From the NCBI GenBank assembly GCA_046317875.1, contig JBKCVN010000026.1, positions 12,617 through 76,616 on the forward strand: DNA of 64,000 nucleotides. The letters run 5' to 3'. Positions 29,927-40,663 of this stretch are shown here, one piece after another. Under the pieces are notes generated by a model. It did no database searches and was not told the DNA's origin. It saw only the letters and a list, made by a program, of their open reading frames with translations. The position numbers were made by a program, and so were the translations under genes. Within the stretch, counting starts at the first letter, position 1; each line of letters begins with the position of its first letter. The stretch comes from Alphaproteobacteria bacterium (GTDB taxonomy: Bacteria > Pseudomonadota > Alphaproteobacteria > UBA7879 > UBA5542).

Positions 29927-31114
29927 TTAATCTTCTTGCAGTACTTTTAATTCAAATTGGGGCAAGATGGCGATCAGATGTTCCACCAATTCCGCTTGAA
30001 TATGCTCGTGAGGTTTCAAAGCCGTTTCTTTGGTATAGGCATAGACTTCCACAGGAAGTCCCCCGTTAGACTGGGGTTTCAAAATGCGGGCCATAAAATT
30101 AACATCGGTTTTGAGGAACCGATTGTCTTGTTCCAATAACGCTTCGATATAAATCCGAAATAGTCCCAGATTGGTAAGGGGCAGGGACGTTGTTTCTTTG
30201 TTTTGTTTCAAGTAAAAATCCATCACAGGAATTTTTTTTAGGTTTTCAGAAAGACTGTCATCCAAAAACTTAATAGTGTGGTTATCGATCACCAAATGGG
30301 TTTGAAAGCGACGTCCGCCAAATTCAAACATGCCCCGCCAATTTTTAACCACATTTGTGGTGACGTAATAGGGGGGAATGGTGGAAATGGTTTTATCAAA
30401 GTTTTGTACTTTAATGGTGTGTAGTGACATCTCTATAATATGACCCGAAATGTTCTTTTCGGGGATTTCTATCCAATCCCCCTTTTGCATCATGTTTGAT
30501 GAAGCAAGTTGAACACTAGACACAAAGGATAACAAGGAATCTTTAAATACCATGGTAATGATGGCCATGGCAGCCCCCAGGCCCGTTAAGAAGGTGAGGG
30601 GAGATTTATCCAAAAGATGGGAAATGATCAGAATCCCAAAAACAAAGAAGATGAAAATTTTCACAAACTGTACATAGCTTCGAATGGGCCATCTTTGGCT
30701 TTTGGGCCGCCGTTGGTAGGCCTTTTCCACCCCATTCATAATGGTATTGGCGAGAATGGCAAACAGGCACAAAATATAGGTGATCAGAATTTTTTCGATG
30801 GATTTCAAAATCTTTTTTAGGGCAAGTTCTTCTGGGCTGCCAAATAAAAGGGGCAGCATCAAAAATAAAATTAGGGGAACGGCCACCATTAATAAACGTC
30901 GCAGAAGGGATATTTCTGCAATAATTTTTTCAGTTTCGGGGTAATGTCGCACCACAAATAATTGGAACCTTTTAAAGAAGGCACGGCTGAGAATTTTATG
31001 GATCATCACACCGGCCGCAGCAGTGACGACCACAACCGTAAGGGTGGTAGCAAGGGAACTAAGGTGATGGCCTATTTTTAACGCGGCATAAAAACTGTAT
31101 AATTTTTCAATCAT
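29927..31114 (-). CDS. MscS-family mechanosensitive channel
   Basis: Multiple N-terminal TM helices followed by an MscS beta-domain-like region (GDWIEIPEKNISGHIIEMSLHTIKVQNFDKTISTIPP). Confidence 0.7.
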   Translation of the reverse strand: MIEKLYSFYAALKIGHHLSSLATTLTVVVVTAAAGVMIHKILSRAFFKRFQLFVVRHYPETEKIIAEISLLRRLLMVAVPLILFLMLPLLFGSPEELALKKILKSIEKILITYILCLFAILANTIMNGVEKAYQRRPKSQRWPIRSYVQFVKIFIFFVFGILIISHLLDKSPLTFLTGLGAAMAIITMVFKDSLLSFVSSVQLASSNMMQKGDWIEIPEKNISGHIIEMSLHTIKVQNFDKTISTIPPYYVTTNVVKNWRGMFEFGGRRFQTHLVIDNHTIKFLDDSLSENLKKIPVMDFYLKQNKETTSLPLTNLGLFRIYIEALLEQDNRFLKTDVNFMARILKPQSNGGLPVEVYAYTKETALKPHEHIQAELVEHLIAILPQFELKVLQED

Positions 31115-31254
31115 TTATTTTCTCTTTTTATTTTAGTTTATCCTGGGGACTAAGGTGTTTGTCAACCAAAGGAGATTAAAAACCTGGGAATAAGCTTGCC
31201 ATGGGGGATGAACTGGGGTAAATTGCCTATTATTTAAGCAATTTTGGAAAATAA

Positions 31255-32235
31255 ATGTTAAAAATTAGATCAATAGAGTTGGATTCAAATGTGTTATTGG
31301 CCCCCATGTCGGGTGTGTCCGATTTACCTTTTCGGCGGCTGGTGAAAAAGCACGGGGGGGTGGGGTTGGTCATATCTGAAATGATTGCCAGCCGGGCCAT
31401 GATTTTGGAAACCAAACAATCCTTATTAAAAGCTAAGTATGATCTAGAAGATTTTCCCCAAGTTGTGCAATTGGCGGGATGCGAACCAGAGGTAATGGCA
31501 GAAGCAGCCAAACTGAACGAAGATCGGGGTGCCTCAGTTATTGATATCAACATGGGCTGCCCGGTGAAGAAGGTGACCAATGGTTATGCGGGGTCAGCCT
31601 TGATGAAGGATGAAGTGCTGGCCTCAAAAATTATTGAAGCCACCGTTAAGGCTGTGAAGGTTCCCGTTACATTGAAAATGAGAATGGGGTGGGATTATAA
31701 TAATTTGAACGCCCCCAAGTTAGCCAGAATTGCCCAGGATCATGGGATTCAAATGATTACGGTGCATGGGCGTACTCGGTGTCAGCTGTATAATGGAACG
31801 GCTAACTGGCCCTTTATTCGCCAAGTTAAGGAGGCAGTGTCCATTCCGGTGGTGGGAAATGGCGATGTTAAAACGTGTGAAGATGCACAGCGTTTATTAA
31901 CAGAGTCAGGGGCTGACGGCGTTATGGTGGGCCGTGGGACGTATGGTCGGCCCTGGTTTATTTCCCAAATTACCCATTTTTTGAAGACGGGCGAAAAATT
32001 ACCGGACCCCTGTTTAGAATCCCAAAAAGAAATTATCTTGGAACATATCGAGGATATGATTGCCCATTACGGAGAATATACGGGCGTTCGGATGGCCCGC
32101 AAACATTTGGGATGGTATAGTCGTGGCCTTCATAGTTCGGCCGAATTTCGGGTGAAAGTCAACCAGGAAGAAACATCGCTAGGCCTGAAAAACTTGATGC
32201 ATGAGTTTTATAAAGCTTTAGATGGGGAGCTATAG
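31255..32235 (+). CDS. dusB: tRNA-dihydrouridine synthase B
   Basis: [13 protein letters not shown]...[13 protein letters not shown]-binding Dus signature. Confidence 0.9.
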   Translation: MLKIRSIELDSNVLLAPMSGVSDLPFRRLVKKHGGVGLVISEMIASRAMILETKQSLLKAKYDLEDFPQVVQLAGCEPEVMAEAAKLNEDRGASVIDINMGCPVKKVTNGYAGSALMKDEVLASKIIEATVKAVKVPVTLKMRMGWDYNNLNAPKLARIAQDHGIQMITVHGRTRCQLYNGTANWPFIRQVKEAVSIPVVGNGDVKTCEDAQRLLTESGADGVMVGRGTYGRPWFISQITHFLKTGEKLPDPCLESQKEIILEHIEDMIAHYGEYTGVRMARKHLGWYSRGLHSSAEFRVKVNQEETSLGLKNLMHEFYKALDGEL

Positions 32236-32237
32236 TT

Positions 32238-32522
32238 ATGGATCAGAAAAACCCATCCCCCCTAACCTTAAGTCAACTGGTAGAGACCTATTTAGAATCG
32301 CAAAAAGAAAATTTATTTTATTTAAATAATTTGCATGATCTAGTGATTCAAGAAGCGGAACGGGCCTTGATCGAGTTGGTACTGAAGAAAACCCGCTATA
32401 ACCAATCAAAAGCAGCGGTTATGTTGGGGCTAAACCGCAATACACTAAAGAAAAAAATGCTGGCTTTGAATTTGTTAAAAGACAGGGAAAAAAATGCTGC
32501 AAAAAATAAAGACAAGTTTTAA
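32238..32522 (+). CDS. fis: Fis-family DNA-binding protein
   Basis: C-terminal HTH NQSKAAVMLGLNRNTLKKKM matches the Fis/NtrC HTH; immediately downstream of dusB. Confidence 0.7.
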   Translation: MDQKNPSPLTLSQLVETYLESQKENLFYLNNLHDLVIQEAERALIELVLKKTRYNQSKAAVMLGLNRNTLKKKMLALNLLKDREKNAAKNKDKF

Positions 32523-34701
32523 ATCTTTTTACTTTTTATCTTTCCAAAAGTTGCGCTTGGGGGAACAGATTCCCCTGACCCTTATTTTGGTGGGACTGTT
32601 CTTTGGGCTGCTGACCATTGGTGTTTTGGCTGGTTTTTCTGTTTTAAACATGCAGCCGCGCTATTTGTTGGTTTTGTTGGCCTTAGATGTTATCGTCTTG
32701 CTGTCGTTGGGTGTGGTGATTGCCAAAAAAATAGTCAAGATTTGGGTGGACCGGCAGCGGGGGTTGGCGGGTTCGAAAATCCATGTGCGCATCACCGCTT
32801 TATTTGCTTTGGTCTCGATTATTCCCGCCATCACCATGACCATTTTTGCCATTTTATTTTTTCATTATGGTCTGCAAGATTGGTTTAGTGGGCGCATAAA
32901 ATCAGCGCTTTCGGAATCGGTGGCGGTATCTAATTCTTATTTAGCCGAACATCGCACCATTGTGGCCAAAGATGCGACCCTTATGGCCTATGATTTGAAT
33001 AAAGAATTGCCGGAATTGGTGAAAAATCGTGCCAATTTCGATCAATACCTCACTATGATGGCTTCGATCCGATCCTTAACTGAAGCGATTGTTTTTGATC
33101 GGGATCAAAAGCTGCTGGGGCGGTCCCATCTTAGTTTTGCACTACAGTTTGAACCCTTGCCCAGTAGGGCCTTGCAAGAAGCCCAAAGTGGGAAAGTGGC
33201 ATTATTGAATAGCCAAGCGCATGACCGGGTTAGGGCCTTGATCGAGCTGCCAGGACGTCCTGGAGTTTATTTGTTTGTGGGACGATCGGTGGATCCCCAG
33301 GTTCTCCAGCATTTAAAAAAGTCTGAAGAAATATTTAAAGAATATGGCGTATTAGAAGGCCAGCGCACAGGATTTGAATTGCTCATTATGGCTTTGTTTG
33401 CTGTGGTCGCCTTATTATTATTATTGGCGGCCATTTGGACGGGTATTTCGTTAGCCAGTCGTCTGATCGCGCCCATCCGACATTTAATTGATGCGGCCGA
33501 AAAGATGCGGGTAGGACATTTGAATATCCGTGTGCCCGAGTCCCCCAAGGACCATGAAGATGAAATGAATGTTTTAAGTCGATCATTCAATAGAATGGCC
33601 TTTAAGATTCAACAGCAACAACAAGATTTGATGAAAACCAACCGCGAATTGGAAACCCAAAAGCAATTCATTGAATCCACCTTGGCGGGCGTTTCGGTGG
33701 GGGTTATTGGATTGGATGAGAAGGGCAAAATTCTCTATCCCAACCAATTAGCGTCTAGCCTGTTAGATATTGATCTTTCCAAAAAAATAGGACAAAAACT
33801 TTTATCCGTTTTTCCCCCCTTGGCACATGTTCTAGAGACACCCTTAAAAACAAAGATACCTTTTTTTGAACAGCAAGCGACCTTTCAGATTAGAGGTGTC
33901 TCACATGCTTTCTTAATTCGTGTTTTATCGGAAACGGACGAAAAGGGATCCATTCAAGGCTATGTGGTGACTTTGGATGAAATTACCCATTTGTTAGATG
34001 CTCAGAAAAAAGCGGCTTGGTCAGATGTGGCGCGCCGTGTGGCCCACGAAATTAAAAACCCTTTAACACCCATTCATTTATCCGCCGAGCGCATGCGGAG
34101 GAGATACTTGAAGGAGATCAAAACCTCCCCAGAAACTTTTATTGAATGTATCGATACGATTATCCGCCAGGTGGCTTATATCGGAAATATGGTTTCCGAA
34201 TTTTCTTCTTTTGCACGCATGCCTTTGGCCTTGATGCAAAACCAAGATTTATCCGTGATCGTTAATCAGGTAGTGTCCCTGCAAAAAAATGTAAAGCCCG
34301 ATTTGTTAGACTTTACCGTGAAGCTGCCCCATGAGCCCGTGATGGTGACCTGTGATGAGCAGCAAGTGTCACAGGCCTTATTGAATGTGGTAAAAAACTC
34401 GATGGAATCCATATTGGAAAATCCCGATAGGAACGAGAAGGGGCAAATAAATATGTCGCTGAGCCTATCGAAAACAACTGTAACCATTTCTATCGAAGAT
34501 AATGGGCCCGGCTTCCCCAAGGATCTGCAAGATAACTTAATGGATCCTTATGTGACCACTCGGCCCAAGGGTACGGGGTTAGGTTTATCTATTGTAAAGC
34601 GTATTATGGAAGATCACAAAGGCAAGTTGGTCTTGGAAAATAAGGACAAAGGGACTGGGGCCCGGGTTTCTTTGGTATTTCCAAGGGTGGAAAATGTATG
34701 A
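32494..34701 (+). CDS. ntrY: Sensor histidine kinase NtrY
   Basis: Four N-terminal TM segments, HAMP, PAS, an H-box AHEIKNPLTPI, and a HATPase_c domain (GTGLGLSIV). Confidence 0.8.
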   Translation: MLQKIKTSFKSFYFLSFQKLRLGEQIPLTLILVGLFFGLLTIGVLAGFSVLNMQPRYLLVLLALDVIVLLSLGVVIAKKIVKIWVDRQRGLAGSKIHVRITALFALVSIIPAITMTIFAILFFHYGLQDWFSGRIKSALSESVAVSNSYLAEHRTIVAKDATLMAYDLNKELPELVKNRANFDQYLTMMASIRSLTEAIVFDRDQKLLGRSHLSFALQFEPLPSRALQEAQSGKVALLNSQAHDRVRALIELPGRPGVYLFVGRSVDPQVLQHLKKSEEIFKEYGVLEGQRTGFELLIMALFAVVALLLLLAAIWTGISLASRLIAPIRHLIDAAEKMRVGHLNIRVPESPKDHEDEMNVLSRSFNRMAFKIQQQQQDLMKTNRELETQKQFIESTLAGVSVGVIGLDEKGKILYPNQLASSLLDIDLSKKIGQKLLSVFPPLAHVLETPLKTKIPFFEQQATFQIRGVSHAFLIRVLSETDEKGSIQGYVVTLDEITHLLDAQKKAAWSDVARRVAHEIKNPLTPIHLSAERMRRRYLKEIKTSPETFIECIDTIIRQVAYIGNMVSEFSSFARMPLALMQNQDLSVIVNQVVSLQKNVKPDLLDFTVKLPHEPVMVTCDEQQVSQALLNVVKNSMESILENPDRNEKGQINMSLSLSKTTVTISIEDNGPGFPKDLQDNLMDPYVTTRPKGTGLGLSIVKRIMEDHKGKLVLENKDKGTGARVSLVFPRVENV

Positions 34702-34726
34702 TAAGGTCATCTGAGAGGATTTTTTT

Positions 34727-36106
34727 ATGAAGCATACCATTTTAATTGTGGATGACCAATCTGATATCCGTCAGCTGCTGGCTGGAATTTTATCTGATGA
34801 AGGGTATGAAACCATAGCGGTTGAAAGTGGAGAGGAAGCTTTAGAAAAAATAGAAAGTCACGGCCCCCATGTGGTGCTTCTGGATGTATGGTTGGCCAAT
34901 CCCCGATTTGATGGTGTCTATTTCCTAGATTTGATTAAGCAAAAAGATCCCCTATTGCCCGTGATCATGATTAGTGGTCATGGCACTGTGGAAACAGCTG
35001 TGAGTTCACTGAAGAAAGGGGCCTATGATTTTATCGAAAAACCCTTCAAGACTGAACGATTGTTGGCCACCATTGAGCGGGCTTTAGAATTTTCCTTGTT
35101 GCAAAAAGAACTCCATCTTTTGAAAGAAGGGCTGGAAAAGCCCACAGAAATTGTGGGGATCTCTTCTGAGAGTGTGGCGCTGAGGCAAACAGTTGATCGG
35201 GTGGCCAGAACCAATGGGCGTATTTTAATTGAAGGCCCCTTGGGAGCTGGCAAACAGTCTTTGGCTTATCTGATTCATGAGAAATCCATACGAAAAGGAA
35301 AGCCTTTTGTTGTGGTTAGTTGTATGGGATTGTCCTCTGAGCTTTTTGACCGTAAATTTTTAGGCTCTTCAACTGCCTTGGGAATTCTAGAGACAGCGGC
35401 TGAAGGGACTATTTATCTGGATGGTCTACAAGATTTATCGAAGGATGTTCAGTTGAAATTCATGAACATACTAAGGGAAGGAAAGTTTTCCCGTAAAGAG
35501 GGGGGCATGGCTCCCTTAGAGGTCCGGTTTATTTGTGGGTCGAATCTAAACTTAGAAGATCAGGTTAAAGCTGGTGAGTTCCACCAGGATCTTTTTTATC
35601 GTTTAAATGTGATTCCCCTAAAAATATCGTCCCTGAGCCACAGGTGTGAGGATATTCCCTTATTGGCAGATTCTATGATGACTAGATTGGTCGAAAGTCG
35701 CGGTTGTAAAGAAAAAGAATTCACACCTGAAGCCAAATTAGTTCTGCAATCCTATGATTGGCCCGGGAACGTACGACAGCTGAGAAATGTAATGGAATGG
35801 GTTTATATTACCTATCCCCAAGAAACCCAAATTACGGGCCAAATGTTGCCTGCCGAAATTCGGTTGGAAAACCAAGAAACTATTTCCCAGGTTTTTAATA
35901 AAGAGTGGATTCTAAGCTTAGAACTGAAGGATGCTAGGGAAAAATTTGAAAAAGTTTATTTGGGTCTTCATATGCGTCGGTTTAATGGGAACATTTCGAA
36001 AACCTCGCGTTCGGTAGGGATGGATCGAACAGCCTTGCATCGTAAAATAAGGCAATTGGGGTTAGTGGCGGACGAGCCCCTTTTGGAAATGGTGGAAGCA
36101 GATTAA
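34727..36106 (+). CDS. ntrX: Response regulator NtrX (REC plus AAA+ sigma54-interaction-like plus HTH)
   Basis: REC domain with LLDVWL. The AAA+ domain has the degenerate Walker A GPLGAGKQS and GSSTAL in place of GAFTGA. C-terminal Fis-type HTH. Confidence 0.8.
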   Translation: MKHTILIVDDQSDIRQLLAGILSDEGYETIAVESGEEALEKIESHGPHVVLLDVWLANPRFDGVYFLDLIKQKDPLLPVIMISGHGTVETAVSSLKKGAYDFIEKPFKTERLLATIERALEFSLLQKELHLLKEGLEKPTEIVGISSESVALRQTVDRVARTNGRILIEGPLGAGKQSLAYLIHEKSIRKGKPFVVVSCMGLSSELFDRKFLGSSTALGILETAAEGTIYLDGLQDLSKDVQLKFMNILREGKFSRKEGGMAPLEVRFICGSNLNLEDQVKAGEFHQDLFYRLNVIPLKISSLSHRCEDIPLLADSMMTRLVESRGCKEKEFTPEAKLVLQSYDWPGNVRQLRNVMEWVYITYPQETQITGQMLPAEIRLENQETISQVFNKEWILSLELKDAREKFEKVYLGLHMRRFNGNISKTSRSVGMDRTALHRKIRQLGLVADEPLLEMVEAD

Positions 36107-37474
36107 ATGAAAGTCGTTATCTGTGGTGCAAATCAAATTGGCTATAACATTGCGTCTTACCTGGCCGCAGAAGAAAACGATATCATCATCATCGACGAAT
36201 CCCCCGAACAAATTGGATATATCCGAGAAACGCTAGACGTTCAGGCCGTGGTTGGCCTGGGGTCCAGGCCTGATTTGTTAGAAGAATTGGCGGGAGATAA
36301 TACGGACATCTTGATCGCCGTTATGCCCTCGGATGAACATAACATTATTGCATGCCAAATTGGGCAATCTCTTTTAAACATTCCTGTAAAAATTGCCCAT
36401 ATCCGAAACCAAAGTTATTTGAATTCGCGTTGGTTGAATAAAAACCTGTCTAGTTTCCCCATTGATTATATTATTTCCCCCGAACGGCAGGTGGCTCAAG
36501 TCATTCTGTCCAACTTGAAAATCCCCGGTGTTATGGAAGTTCTGCACCTGAAAAATTCCGAGTCGTTGGTCTTGTTTCTGCACTTTGATGAACGATCTCC
36601 GATGAATAACATACCCTTGCGCCAAATAGGCGAGCAGTTTTCGGGATTACCCTTTCGGGTGTTAGGCATCTTCCGAAATGACCAGTTCACTATCCCTCAG
36701 GGGCAGGATTATTTGCAGGCAGGGGATGATGCTTATATTTTAGTGGAACGAGATAAACTATCCCGGTTCTTGGCGGTGTTTGGAATTAAATCCGAGCCTT
36801 TAAATAAAATTGTGATTGCGGGCGGCGGGAATGTGGGCTTGTATCTGGCCCAGGGTATTTTATCGGATATGCCTGATGTTTCATTAAAGATTATTGAAAA
36901 CAACCGAGAGCGGGCCAGGTTTTTGGCAGAAAATTTGGAAAATGTAGTAGTTCTGCATGGGAATGCCATCGATTTAAATGTGATGAAAGAAGCCAAGGTC
37001 TCCCAAAGTGACATGTTGGTCTCTGTGACTAATGATGACGCGGCTAATATTTTATCTTCCTTGCTGGGAAAGAATTTGGGAGTACCCCGGGTCACGACGT
37101 TGGTCAGCAACATGATGTATCCTAAGTTTTTGCCATCGTTGGGTGTGGATAGCATCCTGAATCCTGGATTTATTACTATCTCGACAATTTTAAACCATAT
37201 CCGCCGAGGATCCATTCGGACCGCCCATGTGCTGCAGGGGCAAGTGGGCGAGATTTTTGAGGCGAACGTTCCTTCGGATTCCAAATTGATTGGGGAAAAG
37301 TTTGCCCTTTTGAATGTGAACGAGAAATCCATGGTTGGCGGTATTGTGCGTGATGGTACGTTCTATATTCCCCAGTCTGAAGAGTTTATCGAGGAAGGTG
37401 ACCACCTGATTTTATTAGTAAACAACACCTATATTGGGCGGGTGGAGAAGATGTTGCGGTCAAGAAATGAGTAG
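36107..37474 (+). CDS. trkA: Trk potassium uptake protein TrkA (two NAD-binding/RCK units)
   Basis: MKVVICGANQIGYNIASYL and a second Rossmann segment KIVIAGGGNVGLYLA. Confidence 0.85.
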   Translation: MKVVICGANQIGYNIASYLAAEENDIIIIDESPEQIGYIRETLDVQAVVGLGSRPDLLEELAGDNTDILIAVMPSDEHNIIACQIGQSLLNIPVKIAHIRNQSYLNSRWLNKNLSSFPIDYIISPERQVAQVILSNLKIPGVMEVLHLKNSESLVLFLHFDERSPMNNIPLRQIGEQFSGLPFRVLGIFRNDQFTIPQGQDYLQAGDDAYILVERDKLSRFLAVFGIKSEPLNKIVIAGGGNVGLYLAQGILSDMPDVSLKIIENNRERARFLAENLENVVVLHGNAIDLNVMKEAKVSQSDMLVSVTNDDAANILSSLLGKNLGVPRVTTLVSNMMYPKFLPSLGVDSILNPGFITISTILNHIRRGSIRTAHVLQGQVGEIFEANVPSDSKLIGEKFALLNVNEKSMVGGIVRDGTFYIPQSEEFIEEGDHLILLVNNTYIGRVEKMLRSRNE

Positions 37475-38327
37475 GTTTGCATTTGTCAATGGCGCCTATC
37501 AAAGAATGGAACAGGCCCATATTGGACTGGAAGATCGGGGATTTCAATTTGGGGATTCCATTTATGAAGTGATCCACTTTATAGATGATGTTTATATTGA
37601 TGCCGAGGGGCATCTAGAGCGACTGGAGCGTTCAGTTTCAGAATTAGGCATGCCTTTGCCCATGCCCCGGCATATTTTGTTGATGCACATGGGGCATTTG
37701 CGAAAAAAAAACAGAATAAAAGAGGGATTTGTTTATATCCAAATATCGCGCGGAGAAGCCCCCCGGAACCACTTGTTTCCCCAAAATACACTACCCACTT
37801 TGGTGATGATAGTGAAAAAACAGCCGTTTGCCCCCTTTGAAGCCAAAAAAGTGGTAACATTCCCCGATATTCGATGGGGACGATGCGATATTAAAACCAC
37901 CAACCTATTACCGAATGTTTTGGTCAAACAAAAAGCTTTTGAAGCAGGGGCTTTTGAGGGGTGGATGATCACCTTGGGTGGGGTAATTTCGGAGGGGAGC
38001 CTTTCAAATGCGTGGATTGTAAAAGAGGGATCTATTTATACGGCTCCCACTTCTTGCAATATCTTAGGGGGTATTACTCGGCGCCGATTAATCGCGCTTG
38101 CAGATGCGGCCCAAATCCCTGTTGTAGAAAAATCCTTTACTTTGGGCGATGCTTATGGTGCAGATGAAGCGTTTAACAGCAGTTCAAACGCCGTTGTTAC
38201 TCCTATTGTTCAAATTAATGATCGTCTTATTGGGAGCGGTGATCCGGGACCCATTTCTCGCCGTCTTTATGATGCCTATATGGACTTCGTGGAACAGGAG
38301 GTGAAGCGTGATTCAAATTTTAGATAA
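37434..38327 (+). CDS. Class IV aminotransferase (D-amino-acid / branched-chain)
   Basis: Fold-type IV PLP enzyme; EGSLSNAWIV and the catalytic-Lys region. Confidence 0.7.
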   Translation: MGGWRRCCGQEMSRFAFVNGAYQRMEQAHIGLEDRGFQFGDSIYEVIHFIDDVYIDAEGHLERLERSVSELGMPLPMPRHILLMHMGHLRKKNRIKEGFVYIQISRGEAPRNHLFPQNTLPTLVMIVKKQPFAPFEAKKVVTFPDIRWGRCDIKTTNLLPNVLVKQKAFEAGAFEGWMITLGGVISEGSLSNAWIVKEGSIYTAPTSCNILGGITRRRLIALADAAQIPVVEKSFTLGDAYGADEAFNSSSNAVVTPIVQINDRLIGSGDPGPISRRLYDAYMDFVEQEVKRDSNFR

Positions 38328-39033
38328 AAATGTTTCCTTATCCCCGATTGCCATTCTTTTCGATTGGGATGGGGTGTTGGCTGATACCAAAGACTTAATT
38401 AAAGACGCCTATCTAAATGTATTTCAAGAAATTGGGAAAGAGCCCATTTCAATTGACACATTGCATCAATTGCCGGGCACTTCCCTTCGAGATTATTTTC
38501 CCCAGATTTTAGGATCCCAAGCCCCCCAAGCAGAAGTTATATTTTATCGCTATGTCCATGCGAACCATTTAACGCGGTTGCGGCAAGCTGAAGGGGCCCA
38601 ACAGCTGTTAGAGTTCTTACAGGGCCATCACATGTCCATGGCGGTGATCAGCAACAAAAGGGGTGATATTTTAAGAAAAGAAATCAAACACTTTGGATGG
38701 GAGCATTTCTTTTTCGAGGTGGTGGGATCAAAGGATTGTACTGAAGACAAGCCTTCGGCAGTGCCTGTTCATCATATTTTAAGCAGGAAAAACATTGCCA
38801 CCCCGAATGAGCGTGTTTGGTTGGTAGGGGATTGGACAGCGGACCTGGAATGTGCCCACCGAGCAGGGATTACTCCTGTTTTAATCAATAACCCAGATTT
38901 AAAACGAAAAAAAACCATGCCTTTTTTGCCTAAAATATATGCAGAAACATGTTTAGATTTGAAAAACTTTCTTAATCAGTGTATGACGAAAGGTAGTGAA
39001 ACAAAAATAAGTGGAAAAAATGACAACAGATAA
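38308..39033 (+). CDS. HAD-superfamily hydrolase (phosphoglycolate phosphatase-like)
   Basis: Motif [10 protein letters not shown]; motif [19 protein letters not shown]. Confidence 0.65.
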   Translation: MIQILDKNVSLSPIAILFDWDGVLADTKDLIKDAYLNVFQEIGKEPISIDTLHQLPGTSLRDYFPQILGSQAPQAEVIFYRYVHANHLTRLRQAEGAQQLLEFLQGHHMSMAVISNKRGDILRKEIKHFGWEHFFFEVVGSKDCTEDKPSAVPVHHILSRKNIATPNERVWLVGDWTADLECAHRAGITPVLINNPDLKRKKTMPFLPKIYAETCLDLKNFLNQCMTKGSETKISGKNDNR

Positions 39034-39271
39034 AAAACAAAGCACACAGGATGTTTTCCTAAACCACATGCGCAAAAATAAAATTTCATTAACCATGTTT
39101 TTGGTAAATGGTATTAAACTTCAAGGAATTGTAACGGGTTTCGATAACTTTGCGGTGATGCTACGCCGTGAATCTCATCTTCAACTGGTATATAAGCATG
39201 CCATTTCAACCATCATGCCTAATGAAGCTGTAAAGTTCTACGACCCTGAGGCTGAAGACGCTGACAGATAG
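39011..39271 (+). CDS. hfq: RNA chaperone Hfq
   Basis: Sm1/Sm2 motifs: [37 protein letters not shown] and YKHAISTI. Confidence 0.85.
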   Translation: MEKMTTDKKQSTQDVFLNHMRKNKISLTMFLVNGIKLQGIVTGFDNFAVMLRRESHLQLVYKHAISTIMPNEAVKFYDPEAEDADR

Positions 39272-39285
39272 TCGGGCGAGGCGGG

Positions 39286-40572
39286 GTGACTAAAGCATTT
39301 TTGATACATCCCTATTTGGGAAATGAAAAGATGTCGGCCACACGTCAGCCGCATGACAAGCTGCGTGAACTTCAAGGATTAACAGCTGCCATTAATTTGG
39401 ATGTGGCGGGTGAAGCCACCATTAAACTTCAAAAGATTAACCCTTCTACGTGCCTTGGAAAAGGGACAGTAGAAGGGTTAAAAGATTCTTTAGATCATCT
39501 TCATGTTGATTTGGTCATTATTAATCGACCGCTTAGCCCTATACAACAACGAAACCTAGAGAAAGAATGGAACCGCAAGGTGATTGATCGCACCGGTCTT
39601 ATTCTGGAAATATTTGGCGCCCGGGCCCGCACACGGGAAGGCAGCCTGCAAGTGGAGCTGGCCTCTTTAACCTATCAACGCAGTCGACTGGTGCGATCAT
39701 GGACCCACTTAGAGCGTCAACGGGGCGGGTATGGTTTTTTGGGAGGGCCCGGAGAATCGCAAATTGAATTGGATCGACGGTTGTTAGATCAACGCATTTT
39801 GCGGATTAAACAAGATCTGTCCCAAGTTAAAAGAACCCGTGGATTACAACGAAAAGCCCGGGATAAAAATGAACTGCCCCATATTGCATTGGTGGGGTAC
39901 ACCAATGCGGGTAAATCCACCTTGTTTAATTTGTTAACAGGGGAAAATGTATTTGCAGAAGATTTATTATTTGCCACACTAGACCCCACGTTGCGAGCCT
40001 TTAATGGGCCCCATGGAGAGAAATGGATCTTATCTGATACGGTGGGTTTTATTTCCGATTTGCCCACCGAATTGGTGGCATCTTTCCGGGCCACCCTGGA
40101 AGAAGTGTGTGAAGCGGATCTGATTTTGCATGTGCACGATGTATCGAATCCAGAATATAAAGAACAAGCCAAAGATGTATTGAAGATTTTAAATTCTTTG
40201 TTGGCTGACCAAACACCCCCCATTTTGAATGTGTATAATAAAATTGATTTATTATCCTGGGAGGATGGCCATTATTTCCAAACATTAGCCGAGGATCGAA
40301 GCATTTGTATTTCGGCCCAGAAGGGGCAAAACAAGCAAGCGTTGTTGCAAAAAATTCATCACCTTTTATCGGCCAAGCATCATCTTTTAGAAGTGGTTTT
40401 CAAGGCAGAAAATAGCCGTTTATTGGCCTGGTTTTATGAACATACCCAGGTTATTGAGCGAAAAGATGAAGAAAATAATATTTTTTTGCACGTAAAACTT
40501 GACGAAGCCACCGAAAATCGGTTTAACAAGATATGGCGCGTTGAGTGCCAGCACACTTTGCGGGTGTGGTGA
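39286..40572 (+). CDS. hflX: GTPase HflX
   Basis: HflX N-domain plus G-domain (GYTNAGKST, DTVGF, NKID). The ORF 3' end overlaps the tRNA-Leu 5' end by 13 nt. Confidence 0.85.
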   Translation: MTKAFLIHPYLGNEKMSATRQPHDKLRELQGLTAAINLDVAGEATIKLQKINPSTCLGKGTVEGLKDSLDHLHVDLVIINRPLSPIQQRNLEKEWNRKVIDRTGLILEIFGARARTREGSLQVELASLTYQRSRLVRSWTHLERQRGGYGFLGGPGESQIELDRRLLDQRILRIKQDLSQVKRTRGLQRKARDKNELPHIALVGYTNAGKSTLFNLLTGENVFAEDLLFATLDPTLRAFNGPHGEKWILSDTVGFISDLPTELVASFRATLEEVCEADLILHVHDVSNPEYKEQAKDVLKILNSLLADQTPPILNVYNKIDLLSWEDGHYFQTLAEDRSICISAQKGQNKQALLQKIHHLLSAKHHLLEVVFKAENSRLLAWFYEHTQVIERKDEENNIFLHVKLDEATENRFNKIWRVECQHTLRVW

Positions 40573-40644
40573 AATTGGTAGACACACTAGATTTAGGTTC
40601 TAGCGGCGAAAGCTGTGGGGGTTCAAGTCCCTCCACCCGCACCA
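40560..40644 (+). tRNA. tRNA-Leu (anticodon UAG) with a long variable arm
   Basis: Acceptor stem gcgggtg/cacccgc, anticodon stem ctaga/tctag with loop ttTAGgt, T-arm gggggttcaagtccctc, and a 3' CCA encoded. Confidence 0.85.
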
Positions 40645-40663
40645 TTCATTAAAATATAGAAAA

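Noticed and set aside
36733-37332. 199-aa minus-strand ORF
   Set aside because: Antisense to trkA
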